Positions 16,184 through 25,066 of a stretch of DNA of 64,000 nucleotides are shown one piece after another. Position 1 is the stretch's first letter. Each line of letters opens with the position of its first letter. Location of the stretch: NCBI GenBank assembly GCA_964436655.1, contig CAYTDX010000001.1, positions 14,993-78,992 on the forward strand, written 5' to 3'. Under the pieces are notes generated by a model. That model was not told the DNA's origin, did not search any database, and saw only the letters and a program-made list of their open reading frames with translations. The position numbers and the translations under genes are program-made. Origin of the DNA: an uncultured Caldimicrobium sp. (lineage in GTDB: Bacteria; Desulfobacterota; Thermodesulfobacteria; Thermodesulfobacteriales; Thermodesulfobacteriaceae).

Positions 16184-17212
16184 TTGAATATGAGAGAGTA
16201 TTCTGTAGCTGTTGTGGGCGCAACTGGTGCAGTGGGACGGATGATGATCAGTGTTCTTGAAGAGAGAAATTTTCCAGTCGGTGAACTGAGGTTGTTTGCC
16301 TCTCCCAAATCAAAGGGGCTGAAGATTCCTTTTAAAGGGGAAGAGGTTGAGGTTGAGGTCCTTGAAGAGACCCAGAGCTTTAAAGGTATAGAGATTGCTT
16401 TATTTTCTGCTGGGGGCTCAAGGAGCCTTGAGTATGCCCCAAGGTTTGCAGGGGATGGAGCGGTTGTAATAGATAATTCCAGTGCCTGGAGAATGGACCC
16501 AGAGGTGCCCCTTGTTGTTCCAGAGGTGAATCCCCATGCCATAGCCCAGTATAAAAATAAGGGCATCATTGCCAATCCCAATTGTTCAACCATTCAAATG
16601 GTGGTTGCCCTAAAACCCCTGCACGATGTAGCTAAGATTAAAAGGATTGTTGTTTCAACCTATCAATCTGTTTCAGGGGCTGGGCAAAAGGCTATTGAGG
16701 AGCTCATGGCTCAGGTAAGGGCCTGGTGTTCTGGAGAACCCCTTCCACCAGCCAAAAATCTTCCCAAAACCATTGCCTTTAATTGTGTGCCCCAGATAGA
16801 TGTGTTTTTACCCAACAGATACACTAAAGAAGAGATAAAGATGGTTGAAGAGACCAAAAAAATCATGGAAGATCCAGATATCAAGGTCACCGCTACTACT
16901 GTCAGGGTGCCTGTCTTTTATGGACACGCCGAGGCCGTAAACATTGAGACGGAAAAAAAATTAACCCCCGAGAAGGCCATTGAAATTTTAAGAGGGGCTC
17001 CAGGGGTTATTGTCCTTGATGATCCCGAAAATAAGGTTTATCCCCTTCAAATAGAGGTAGCTGGAAGGGATGAGGTCTTTGTGGGAAGAATAAGGGAAGA
17101 TTTTTCTATTGAAAAGGGGCTTAACCTCTGGATTGTTGCCGATAATCTCAGAAAGGGTGCAGCAACCAATGCGGTGCAGATTGCCGAAGTTTTAATAGAA
17201 AAGTATCTCTAA
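16184..17212 (+). CDS. asd: Aspartate-semialdehyde dehydrogenase
   Basis: VAVVGATGAVG NAD motif, IANPNCSTI active-site Cys and DNLRKGAA C-terminal motif. Confidence 0.95.
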   Translation: MNMREYSVAVVGATGAVGRMMISVLEERNFPVGELRLFASPKSKGLKIPFKGEEVEVEVLEETQSFKGIEIALFSAGGSRSLEYAPRFAGDGAVVIDNSSAWRMDPEVPLVVPEVNPHAIAQYKNKGIIANPNCSTIQMVVALKPLHDVAKIKRIVVSTYQSVSGAGQKAIEELMAQVRAWCSGEPLPPAKNLPKTIAFNCVPQIDVFLPNRYTKEEIKMVEETKKIMEDPDIKVTATTVRVPVFYGHAEAVNIETEKKLTPEKAIEILRGAPGVIVLDDPENKVYPLQIEVAGRDEVFVGRIREDFSIEKGLNLWIVADNLRKGAATNAVQIAEVLIEKYL

Positions 17213-17215
17213 GCC

Positions 17216-18316
17216 TTGCAAATCTTTGTAGAAAAAACTGCCCTACCCTATCAATTAACGCAGGATATTCTGGCTAAGGTCTCCTCCTATCAGGTCATTT
17301 CCTCTTATGAAGATTTTCCCTGGGAATTCAGGGCTGATGAGGAGCTTATTTCCCCTGGGAAAAAAAGGCTTTTTATTCTGAATTACAAAGGGGACTTTGT
17401 TAAGCCCTGCCCGGGAACGAAAAATTACCTCTGTTGCGGATATAAGATCTTCCACATTGGAGAGGGATGTCCCCTTGACTGCTCCTATTGCATCTTGCAG
17501 ATGTATCTTAACAGGCCGGGTCTAAAGGTCTGGGGAAACCTTATAGAGGAAGGGTTCAAGAGTCTTGAAGAATTTCTCTATACTCAGGCCGGTAAGAGAA
17601 GGGTAATAAGGATAGGGACAGGTGAATTTACAGATAGCCTTGCCCTTGAGGGAATTACTCACATCTCTGAAAGGCTCATTCACCTCTGGAAGGTTAAAAA
17701 ACCCTGGGCTATCCTTGAATTAAAAACCAAGGTGGCCCTATCGCGGGAATTTTTTAACAAATTTGAGGGGGATCCACGGGTGGTCTTTGCCTGGTCTGTA
17801 AATACAGAGAGGGTTATTCAATCTGAGGAGAGGAAAACAGCTCACCTTTCTGCAAGGCTTGAAAGTGCAAGAGAGGCAGTGGAGAGCGGTTTTTCTGTTG
17901 CCTTTCACTTTGACCCCATCATAAATTACCCTGGGGCAGAGCATGAATACCCCCGGGTGTTGGAAAGAATTCTGCAAAGGATACCCCTTGAAAAAATAGC
18001 CTGGATAAGCCTTGGAACTCTCAGATACCCAAAGCTCTTGAAAAAAATTGCCCAGATGAGATTCCCTGAAACCAGGATTTACTCCGAGGAATTCATAGAG
18101 GGGCTTGATCAAAAAAAGAGGTATTTTGTTGAGGTCAGAAAAAGGCTCTATAGGTCTCTATACAATCTCATTAAAGAAACTTCCGATAAGGTGACCTATT
18201 ATTTCTGTATGGAAAGCGAAAGGATATGGGAGGAAGTCCTGGGATTGAAGATCAATACTAATGAGGCCCTGGTTTTGCGTCTGGATAAGGTAGCAGAAAG
18301 ATTATGCTCCCTTTGA
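17216..18316 (+). CDS. Spore-photoproduct-lyase-family radical SAM protein (SplB-like)
   Basis: 366 aa with a TTG start. CPLDCSYC radical SAM triad, with SPL-like length and layout. Confidence 0.7.
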   Translation: MQIFVEKTALPYQLTQDILAKVSSYQVISSYEDFPWEFRADEELISPGKKRLFILNYKGDFVKPCPGTKNYLCCGYKIFHIGEGCPLDCSYCILQMYLNRPGLKVWGNLIEEGFKSLEEFLYTQAGKRRVIRIGTGEFTDSLALEGITHISERLIHLWKVKKPWAILELKTKVALSREFFNKFEGDPRVVFAWSVNTERVIQSEERKTAHLSARLESAREAVESGFSVAFHFDPIINYPGAEHEYPRVLERILQRIPLEKIAWISLGTLRYPKLLKKIAQMRFPETRIYSEEFIEGLDQKKRYFVEVRKRLYRSLYNLIKETSDKVTYYFCMESERIWEEVLGLKINTNEALVLRLDKVAERLCSL

Positions 18317-19551
18317 TCCTTGTTTTTTTACTGGTTCTGATTAGTTGTAAGCCCTCCTCCAGGGGGCCTCAAGCATTTACCTGTGAGGCCTGCCATAAAG
18401 TATCTCCTTTAAATCTTTCCCATTCTCAGCTCACCTGTAAAGATTGTCATTCAGGAAGTTCTCCGGCTCCATCTAAAGAAAGGGCCCATCAAGGTTTGAA
18501 AAGGACTCCATCTCATGAAGAAGTAGAGGCGATCTGTAGGGGATGCCATCCCGGGGAGGTTCTGGCCTTTAAAGGCACGGCTCACTCTACCTATGCAGGG
18601 GAGTTAAAGGATATCTTTAAAGGGTTTAATCTCAAGATAAAGGTTGATGATATCAAAGGCCTTTTGCCCTTAGAGGGCTCTACGCATACTGAGGAAGGCC
18701 TTCTTATAGATTTCTTAAAGAGAAGGTGTCTTAGCTGTCACATCCTGAGTGAGGGAGAAAGGTATCCCAGCACCTACAGAGCCAAGGGTTGTTTTAGTTG
18801 CCACAGGCCCCATCAACTCGGAAAACCCGGAGATGAGGAATGTCTGAGCTGTCATTACGGGACCAAAATTGGCTGGGATTACTATGGATATTCCCCCCAT
18901 CCCTGGTTTGTGGATTATCGCTCTCCCTTTATTAAGGGTAAACAGCCAGAAAGACCCTATGGAATTGAGGCCTATAATCTGAAAGAGGATATCCATAAAG
19001 AGAAAGGTCTTGCCTGTAAGGATTGCCATACCAAGCAGGAAATCATGTATGGCAAAGAGAAAATAGAGTGTCTTGGCTGTCACAAAGGCTTTAAAGAAAA
19101 GAGGTTCCATCAAAAAAAGATCCTCCAAAAGGTCAGATGTGAGGTCTGCCATGCCAGCTTCCTGAGTATGGATAAGGTGAAAAGGTGCTATCTTGAAGAT
19201 AAACCCGATCTAAAGGAGTGGATTGACCTTTCTGTTCAGGAATCTGCAGAGATTGAAGAGATTATGCGTGCTTTTGGGGAGGGGAAAAGCTTTGAGATAA
19301 AGATGCGGGATAAGTTTACGGGTAAAGAAAAAGAGGGGCTCTGGCTCTGCACCCTTGAAGGGCGAAGATTTGATGAGTTAATCCTGGGTAAAGATAGAGG
19401 TGGAAGGTTTTGTCTTTTGAGAAAAGAACGCCTCACCCTGGTCTACGGGGAAAGGGAGATCAGCGCTACCTTTGAGAACTGCAAAACCCCTCATTCCATT
19501 GGAAAGGCCGATCTTAACAGGTCTTTGAAGATATTAAAAGAACTGCCATGA
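18304..19551 (+). CDS. Nonahaem c-type cytochrome lipoprotein
   Basis: Lipobox-like LVLISC and nine CxxCH motifs (CEACH, CKDCH, CRGCH, CLSCH, CFSCH, CLSCH, CKDCH, CLGCH, CEVCH). Confidence 0.85.
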   Translation: MLPLILVFLLVLISCKPSSRGPQAFTCEACHKVSPLNLSHSQLTCKDCHSGSSPAPSKERAHQGLKRTPSHEEVEAICRGCHPGEVLAFKGTAHSTYAGELKDIFKGFNLKIKVDDIKGLLPLEGSTHTEEGLLIDFLKRRCLSCHILSEGERYPSTYRAKGCFSCHRPHQLGKPGDEECLSCHYGTKIGWDYYGYSPHPWFVDYRSPFIKGKQPERPYGIEAYNLKEDIHKEKGLACKDCHTKQEIMYGKEKIECLGCHKGFKEKRFHQKKILQKVRCEVCHASFLSMDKVKRCYLEDKPDLKEWIDLSVQESAEIEEIMRAFGEGKSFEIKMRDKFTGKEKEGLWLCTLEGRRFDELILGKDRGGRFCLLRKERLTLVYGEREISATFENCKTPHSIGKADLNRSLKILKELP

Positions 19552-20738
19552 GATACCCTCCAGTCAAGTTGAATCCTCAGGGATTAAAAAACTTTATTCA
19601 AGGAAGAATCTGGTTTACTCTCGGGGAAATAGAATCCTATGATAAAGTTAAAGATTCTATTGAACCAGGAAGTCTTGTCTCAATCTATTCTCGGGATGGA
19701 CATTTTCTCGGACAGGGATACTTTAATCCTCACTCCTTTTATAATCTGAAAATTCTTACCCGAAGAGAATGCCCCATTGACACACCCTTTTTTAGAGAAA
19801 GATTCAGGATGGCCCTTAGCTTAAGGGAAAAAACTCTTCCCGGTGAGTCCTCTTTCAGGCTTGTGCATGCCGAGGGAGATCATCTTCCTGGCCTTGTCAT
19901 TGATATCTTTGATAAGGTGGGGGTAATTCAAATTCACACCCTGGGTATGGAGAAGCTGAAACTTCATATCTTAGAGGCCCTTCTTCAGCTTATCCCCCTT
20001 GATAGCATAGTTTTTAAAAATGACCTTGAAAAGAGGAAAGAGGAAGGGCTACCACTTTATGTGGATATTTATTTAAGGGAGCCTCAGGACCCCTATCCTG
20101 TTTTAATGGATGGGATAAAGTTTCTTCTTCCCCTTACAAAAGGGCAAAAGACCGGTTTTTTCTTGGATCAAAGAGAAAACCGGAGATTTCTTCAAAGTAT
20201 TGCTAAGGGTTCAGTAGTCATGGATGGCTTTGCCTACTTAGGGGGATTTTCCTTTTATGCCCTAAAAGGTGGGGCCAGAAGGGCCTATCTCCTTGAAAGA
20301 TCAGGTTATGCCCTTGAAATTGCCCTGGAAATTGCAAAATTAAATGGATTCAAAGATAAAATTGTGCCTGTTGAAGGAGATGTCTTTCAACTTCTCAAAA
20401 ATCCTGTGGCTTATTCTGACCTGTTAATCCTTGATCCCCCTGCCTTTATAAAATCCAGAAAAGATTTTTCTCAGGGATACAAAAAGTATAAATCCCTCAT
20501 GGACCTTGCTCTCAATTTTTTCAGGGAAAGGGAAGGCTTACTTTTTTTCTTTTCTTGCTCTCATTTTTTTAAACTTCAAGACCTGCAAGAGCTCTTAAAA
20601 GAACTACTTCCTAAGAAGGGTTTCTCTTCAGGGATAATAAAATTTTTTCATCAGGGCCTGGACCATCCCGTCAATCCACTTGTTGAGGAAACGGAGTATC
20701 TGAAGGGAGTAGCCCTTAAACTAAGCAGAGGTAGCTAA
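19548..20738 (+). CDS. RlmI-like class I SAM-dependent rRNA (cytosine-C5) methyltransferase with a PUA-like N-domain
   Basis: 396 aa. FRLVHAEGDHLPGLVIDIF, TGFFLDQRENR and LILDPPAF motifs. Confidence 0.8.
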   Translation: MRYPPVKLNPQGLKNFIQGRIWFTLGEIESYDKVKDSIEPGSLVSIYSRDGHFLGQGYFNPHSFYNLKILTRRECPIDTPFFRERFRMALSLREKTLPGESSFRLVHAEGDHLPGLVIDIFDKVGVIQIHTLGMEKLKLHILEALLQLIPLDSIVFKNDLEKRKEEGLPLYVDIYLREPQDPYPVLMDGIKFLLPLTKGQKTGFFLDQRENRRFLQSIAKGSVVMDGFAYLGGFSFYALKGGARRAYLLERSGYALEIALEIAKLNGFKDKIVPVEGDVFQLLKNPVAYSDLLILDPPAFIKSRKDFSQGYKKYKSLMDLALNFFREREGLLFFFSCSHFFKLQDLQELLKELLPKKGFSSGIIKFFHQGLDHPVNPLVEETEYLKGVALKLSRGS

Positions 20739-21622
20739 ATCTCAGCTATCCCTTCCTTTGCAAGGGGAATCTCTTCCTCATTCCTTTCTATGGTCTCTTT
20801 CTGTAAGATTTCCAGATATTCAAGCTGAGTAATTTCTTCCAGTTTAAGCACCAGTCCTTCAAGATAAACCTTTGATGGCTCTAAGGGGTTATAAAAAAAT
20901 AAGTAGGTATTGACCTTTATTTCTGGCGATAGAAACATTATAACCTCTCGCAAAAAGGCTTCCTTGGACATAAAATCCTTTAGGTAGAATCTTTCCTCTC
21001 TTAGAGTTCGCTCCATTAATACCCAGGGCTCAATGTATTCTCTTTTAACAGCTCCGAGAAATTTGTAATTTCTGAGAAGCAAAAATTTCGGATTTATTCC
21101 TCCCCTTTTAAGGATGAACTCTGGTGAAAAAATCATCTCCTTGAAAAGTTGCTTTTTCTTCTTAAAGCCCAGATAATCGGAATAGTTGATGTGAGAAACC
21201 ACATCAAGAAGTCTCACCTTTAAGACAAAACCTTTCCGATAAAGTTCTTTAAGATATAAAAAGTTTTTTTCAAGAAATTGCCAGAATCTTTCCTTTAAGA
21301 GCTCCTGCTGAAAGGTCAGTTTTCTTAAACTTTGCTCTAAGGAGGTTAGCTCAGTTTTTAGTGTTTTTCGTGAGAGCCTTTGAAGATAGCTCTTTTTATA
21401 GTTTATAAAGGCCTGGGGATTTTTATCATAATTGATAGCCTCAAAAGCAAGATTGAGCTCAAGGGCCTTTCGGGGGTCCCCTCCCCTATCTGGATGATAG
21501 TGCATTTGAAGGGTTCTATAAATCCCTTTTATGATCTTAAAAAGAGTTTCATCGTTAATCTCCTTCACTAACTGAGGAGTAACCCCAAAAATCTCAAAGG
21601 GATTTTTTTTAATTTTTTTCAT
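20735..21622 (-). CDS. J-domain (DnaJ-like) protein with an uncharacterised C-terminal region
   Basis: NPFEIFGV...YRTLQMHYHPDRGGD contains the HPD motif. The remaining ~220 aa match no family I recognise. Confidence 0.75.
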   Translation of the reverse strand: MKKIKKNPFEIFGVTPQLVKEINDETLFKIIKGIYRTLQMHYHPDRGGDPRKALELNLAFEAINYDKNPQAFINYKKSYLQRLSRKTLKTELTSLEQSLRKLTFQQELLKERFWQFLEKNFLYLKELYRKGFVLKVRLLDVVSHINYSDYLGFKKKKQLFKEMIFSPEFILKRGGINPKFLLLRNYKFLGAVKREYIEPWVLMERTLREERFYLKDFMSKEAFLREVIMFLSPEIKVNTYLFFYNPLEPSKVYLEGLVLKLEEITQLEYLEILQKETIERNEEEIPLAKEGIAEI

Positions 21623-21634
21623 TGTAAAAAGTTG

Positions 21635-22327
21635 TTATGTTTCATTTAAAAGATATTTTCTTAAAAAAATCAAAAGTTCCTCTCTACGGGGGTTTAACTT
21701 CTTTTCCGGCCTTAGGGTTGTCATTTTTCCTAATTCGTCGGTTATAAAATGCAGGGCCATGGCTTTAATTCCATAGTAAGATGCAAGTGCGTAAAGGGCT
21801 GATGTTTCCATATCCATGGCCTGGGCTTTCATTAGAGGTAATTTAAAATCCTTTAGATTCTGTTCCACAACCCAAGGGGCATCAACACTCAAGATGGTTC
21901 CAGATTCAAAACTAAGATAGTCTTTCCTTAGTCGATTAATCAACTCTTTGAAAAAATCCTTTTCTGGTGTAAAGACCCTCTTTTTTTTGAAATATAGCTT
22001 GCTTGTTCCTTCAAGGGATATAGCCCTTTCTGCGATAAAGAGATCTCCCATTTCAATTGAAGCAAAGGGACTTTTTCCTGCCCAGCCAAGAAAAAGGATC
22101 TCCTCTACGCCTTTTTCCCTCAATAATTCCATTAAAAGGGCGAGGGCTGGAGAGGAGAGAACAGGGCCTGCAAGAAGGCCCCCTCCCTTAAGGAGCTTAA
22201 AATTTACATTTAACCAGCTAAAATTCTTAGCTTCCTCAAATCTCTTAGAGTAGTATCTCCACTCTGGAAGAGGAGAGAAAATAAGGGCCCTTTTTACAGA
22301 GGGAATCTTAACTCTGGGTAGGAACAC
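21635..22327 (-). CDS. PNP_UDP_1 family nucleoside phosphorylase/hydrolase-like protein
   Basis: 230 aa. AMDMETSALYALA motif typical of the MTAN / futalosine hydrolase / PNP fold. Confidence 0.6.
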   Translation of the reverse strand: MFLPRVKIPSVKRALIFSPLPEWRYYSKRFEEAKNFSWLNVNFKLLKGGGLLAGPVLSSPALALLMELLREKGVEEILFLGWAGKSPFASIEMGDLFIAERAISLEGTSKLYFKKKRVFTPEKDFFKELINRLRKDYLSFESGTILSVDAPWVVEQNLKDFKLPLMKAQAMDMETSALYALASYYGIKAMALHFITDELGKMTTLRPEKKLNPRREELLIFLRKYLLNET

Positions 22328-22342
22328 TTAATTATTATAAGC

Positions 22343-22696
22343 TTAATCCTCCTCTTCTTCAACCAGGTCCTCAAAAACCTCAAAACACTCCTTTACTAAG
22401 CATTTTTTATCGGGAAAGTGACATCCTCCCTCTTTCCGCTGGGGAATAGGTTTTTCTGGAAGCTTGAGCTGGTTTAAGATGTCCTCTATATCCTTGAGTT
22501 TACTTTTAAAAATCTCAGGTATAGAGTCGAAATTGGTGTATTCCTTAAATTTTTTAAATCCCTCCATAACCTCTTCGGCTACCTCTTTACGGGATTTACA
22601 AACGGAACATCTCGGATCAGTCTGCTGAAGTTTGAGGAGACCAGACATAAAATAAAAGGCCCTGATCTGGTTGATTATGTGCTTCTCTTTTTCCAT
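22343..22696 (-). CDS. Hypothetical Cys-containing acidic protein
   Basis: 117 aa ORF at the head of a three-gene minus-strand unit. CSVC and C-x7-C-x4-C patterns. No family recognised. Confidence 0.45.
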   Translation of the reverse strand: MEKEKHIINQIRAFYFMSGLLKLQQTDPRCSVCKSRKEVAEEVMEGFKKFKEYTNFDSIPEIFKSKLKDIEDILNQLKLPEKPIPQRKEGGCHFPDKKCLVKECFEVFEDLVEEEED

Positions 22697-22726
22697 GATG
22701 CTCCCCCCTTTTTTTTGTAGTAAATT

Positions 22727-22850
22727 GAGATTTTAGCAAAAGTATTTTTGGTAGCCGCAAGACCTTGAACCTGAGAAAAAATCAAAAAAAGCAACCTACG
22801 GGCCACGGCTATCATAACCCTAAAAAGATCCATAATTTTGCAAAGGTCTC
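22727..22850. mobile_element. MITE-like composite of two inverted REP-like units bounded by imperfect terminal inverted repeats
   Basis: Left end GAGATTTTAGCAAAAGTATTTTTGGTAGCCGCAAG. Internal AAAAAATCAAAAAAA. Right end GATCCATAATTTTGCAAAGGTCTC. Confidence 0.55.
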
Positions 22851-22978
22851 CAATTAAAATAAGCTTTTTTAAAGAAATCTTTTAGGTTTTGTGAAAAAAT
22901 TCATCTAAGGTAAACCAAAAAGGCATTGTCATATGCAAAGGACAATTTAAAATTATCCTTAGTTAAAACACTCAGGAG

Positions 22979-23527
22979 GTGGCCATGGTTACCTTTAAAG
23001 TTGGAGATTGTCTTTTAGAAATCGTAAAGGGAGATATTACAGAACAAGAGGTTGAGGCCATTGTCAATGCTGCCAATGAGAGGTTAATTCCTGGAGGAGG
23101 AGTGGATGGGGCAATTCACCGAAAAGGCGGCTCAGCAATTGTAGAAGAATTACGGGCAAAATACACTCATTGCCCAACAGGGGATGCTGTTGTGACAGGT
23201 GGAGGAAATCTTAAAGCCAGATATGTCATCCATGCCGTTGGGCCAATCTATAAGGATGGAAAAAGTGGGGAGTCAGAACTTCTTGCCAAGGCTTACTTGA
23301 GTGCCTTAAAAAGGGCCCTTGAATTAAATCTGAATTCAGTAGCCTTTCCTGCGCTTTCAACGGGTGCCTATGGCTATCCCATTGAAGAGGCTACCCAAAT
23401 TGCTTTAAAAACCATAATTGAGTTTTTAAAGGAACACCAAAGACCAAAACTCGTGAGAATGGTTCTTTTTCTAGAAGAGCATTATAATACCTTTATGAAA
23501 GTGCTTGAAAAATTAAATCTTTCCTAA
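22979..23527 (+). CDS. Macro domain protein (O-acetyl-ADP-ribose deacetylase / ADP-ribose binding, YmdB-like)
   Basis: GDITEQEVEAIVNAANERLIPGGGVDGAIH and AFPALSTGAYGYP motifs. Confidence 0.9.
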   Translation: MAMVTFKVGDCLLEIVKGDITEQEVEAIVNAANERLIPGGGVDGAIHRKGGSAIVEELRAKYTHCPTGDAVVTGGGNLKARYVIHAVGPIYKDGKSGESELLAKAYLSALKRALELNLNSVAFPALSTGAYGYPIEEATQIALKTIIEFLKEHQRPKLVRMVLFLEEHYNTFMKVLEKLNLS

Positions 23528-23534
23528 CGATAAT

Positions 23535-23680
23535 GAGTTATTTGCAAATTTGTTTTTTGGTGGTTGCTGCAAGACCTTTAGCCTGCGAAAAAAAAATCAA
23601 TAAAACTTCAAAAAAACGCGCAACCCACGGGTTGCGGCTGCCAGAAATCCCAAAAAGCCCCATAATCTTACAAAGGTCCC
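23535..23680. mobile_element. MITE-like composite, same family and orientation as 22727-22850
   Basis: Left end GAGTTATTTGCAAATTTGTTTTTTGGTGGTTGCTGCAAGACCTTTAGCCTGCG. Unit CGCGCAACCCACGGGTTGCGGCTGCC. Right end CCCCATAATCTTACAAAGGTCCC. Confidence 0.55.
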
Positions 23681-23693
23681 AATGATAAAATAG

Positions 23694-23741
23694 TTTGTTT
23701 GCTGCAAGACTTTTAGGTCTTCCGAAAAAATCAAAAAACCC
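23694..23741. repeat. Degenerate REP-like unit with an A-tract spacer
   Basis: GTTTGCTGCAAGACTTTTAGGTCTTCCG followed by AAAAAATCAAAAAACCC. Confidence 0.5.
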
Positions 23742-23847
23742 GAAAAATTTTTTATCTCGTCTCTATCCCGGAAGGGCTGAAAGTAATTTGATGAGCATAA
23801 GGATAATTCCAGGGATGTCAACTCCCCTATAAGGTATATTTTAATAT

Positions 23848-23875
23848 GGTAGCTGAGGGATTTGGCCTGCTGAGG
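23848..23875. repeat. Degenerate REP-like unit (GGTAGC head)
   Basis: GGTAGCTGAGGGATTTGGCCTGCTGAGG is the reverse complement of the AGCAGGCTAAAGGTCCTGAGGCTACC type. Confidence 0.5.
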
Positions 23876-23907
23876 AAATCTAAAATTCCCGCAATCTAAG
23901 GCTTGAA

Positions 23908-25056
23908 CTATATGAAGCTGTAAGCCAAATTTTCAATTTTCTGAGCAGGTTTTTCTAAGCGATAGTAATTCACAATTTTCAAAAAATCTTCCCTTTTAAA
24001 GGGGCTCTCAGAAAAGTAATAAAGATGAGAGGGACACCTGCAATCACTGGATCCAAAGCGAGGAACATAGCCCTGGGAGATACCCATTAAATCCTTAGCA
24101 AGCACACACTCTAAAACCTCAGGGCTAAGGATAAGAATGGTCTTATAAATATGGGCTTTTTCTAAGAGATAATCAATATGCCATCTTTTCTTTTTGCCTT
24201 TGCGAAGATGCCTTTTTACTCTTTCTCTTAGATTTTTTCTTCCTGAGCCCACATAAACATAAAATCCCTCTTTGAAGTTAATTTTCCCAAGCTCTCCAAT
24301 CTCAAGAGAGGCCTCCTCTTTTAACGAAAGTATCAACAGATAGGCCCCGCTATTCTTGAATTCCTGCTTTAGAAAGTCGGTGGGAATGGTCAAGTTTTTA
24401 ATTTCGTTGATCCTTTGAAGGTCTGAAGAAAAACGCACAGAGATGGCCTCAAAACGCACTTTTTGGTAGGTTTCAAGAAAGGCCTCAGTAAACTCAAAAT
24501 CAATGTGGTAGGCTGGAAGAAAATACCTAACCTCTGGACTCATTACCACAAAGAGACACCCGGCCTGATAGCCCTCTTCTGTAAGCTTCAAAAGTTCATA
24601 GAGATGCCTCGTTCCCCTCTTAGTTTCTGCATCAGGAAAAAGGGCAAGTTTTTCTCCAAAGAGGGTGCAGGTCTTAATCTCAAGAAAAAGTTTTTCCCCC
24701 TTTATCGGATTCTCAAGAAGAAGATCAAGTCTTCCCGAGGAAACCTTTGGTTCTCTCTTTAAAACCCTATAATCCTTAAAAAGGGGAATTCTTCCCTCTT
24801 CAATTATATTAGCGACATAGTGATTGGTAAGGTGGGTGTGAAGAAGAACTGGGTAATCTTTATGCAGGCAGGCTATCACTGTAAAGGGGTATTTTTCTCC
24901 TCTGTTCTTGCTTAAAAGCAAAGGCCTTCCAGGAAGAAGAAGCTCCCAGAGCCTTCCAGGATTAGGAAGATAGGCAAGTACTTGTCTTCCCTTGATTTCA
25001 ACTCTTACTACGAATCTATTTAATCTCTCCAGAAAAAGGGCTTTAATGAGCTCCAT
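23908..25056 (-). CDS. sfsA: SfsA nuclease-like protein fused to a DUF123 (GIY-YIG-related) domain
   Basis: N-terminal ~225 aa: RLNRFVV...LPNPGRL...FPDAETKRGTRHLYEL (SfsA). C-terminal ~150 aa: GFYVYVGSG...RHLRKGKKKRWHIDYLL...FGSSDCRCPSHLYYF (DUF123). Confidence 0.8.
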   Translation of the reverse strand: MELIKALFLERLNRFVVRVEIKGRQVLAYLPNPGRLWELLLPGRPLLLSKNRGEKYPFTVIACLHKDYPVLLHTHLTNHYVANIIEEGRIPLFKDYRVLKREPKVSSGRLDLLLENPIKGEKLFLEIKTCTLFGEKLALFPDAETKRGTRHLYELLKLTEEGYQAGCLFVVMSPEVRYFLPAYHIDFEFTEAFLETYQKVRFEAISVRFSSDLQRINEIKNLTIPTDFLKQEFKNSGAYLLILSLKEEASLEIGELGKINFKEGFYVYVGSGRKNLRERVKRHLRKGKKKRWHIDYLLEKAHIYKTILILSPEVLECVLAKDLMGISQGYVPRFGSSDCRCPSHLYYFSESPFKREDFLKIVNYYRLEKPAQKIENLAYSFI

Positions 25057-25066
25057 AACAAATACT

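Noticed and set aside
23597-23821. 74-aa minus-strand ORF
   Set aside because: It spans repeat units and A/T tracts and matches no family. It is most likely non-coding.
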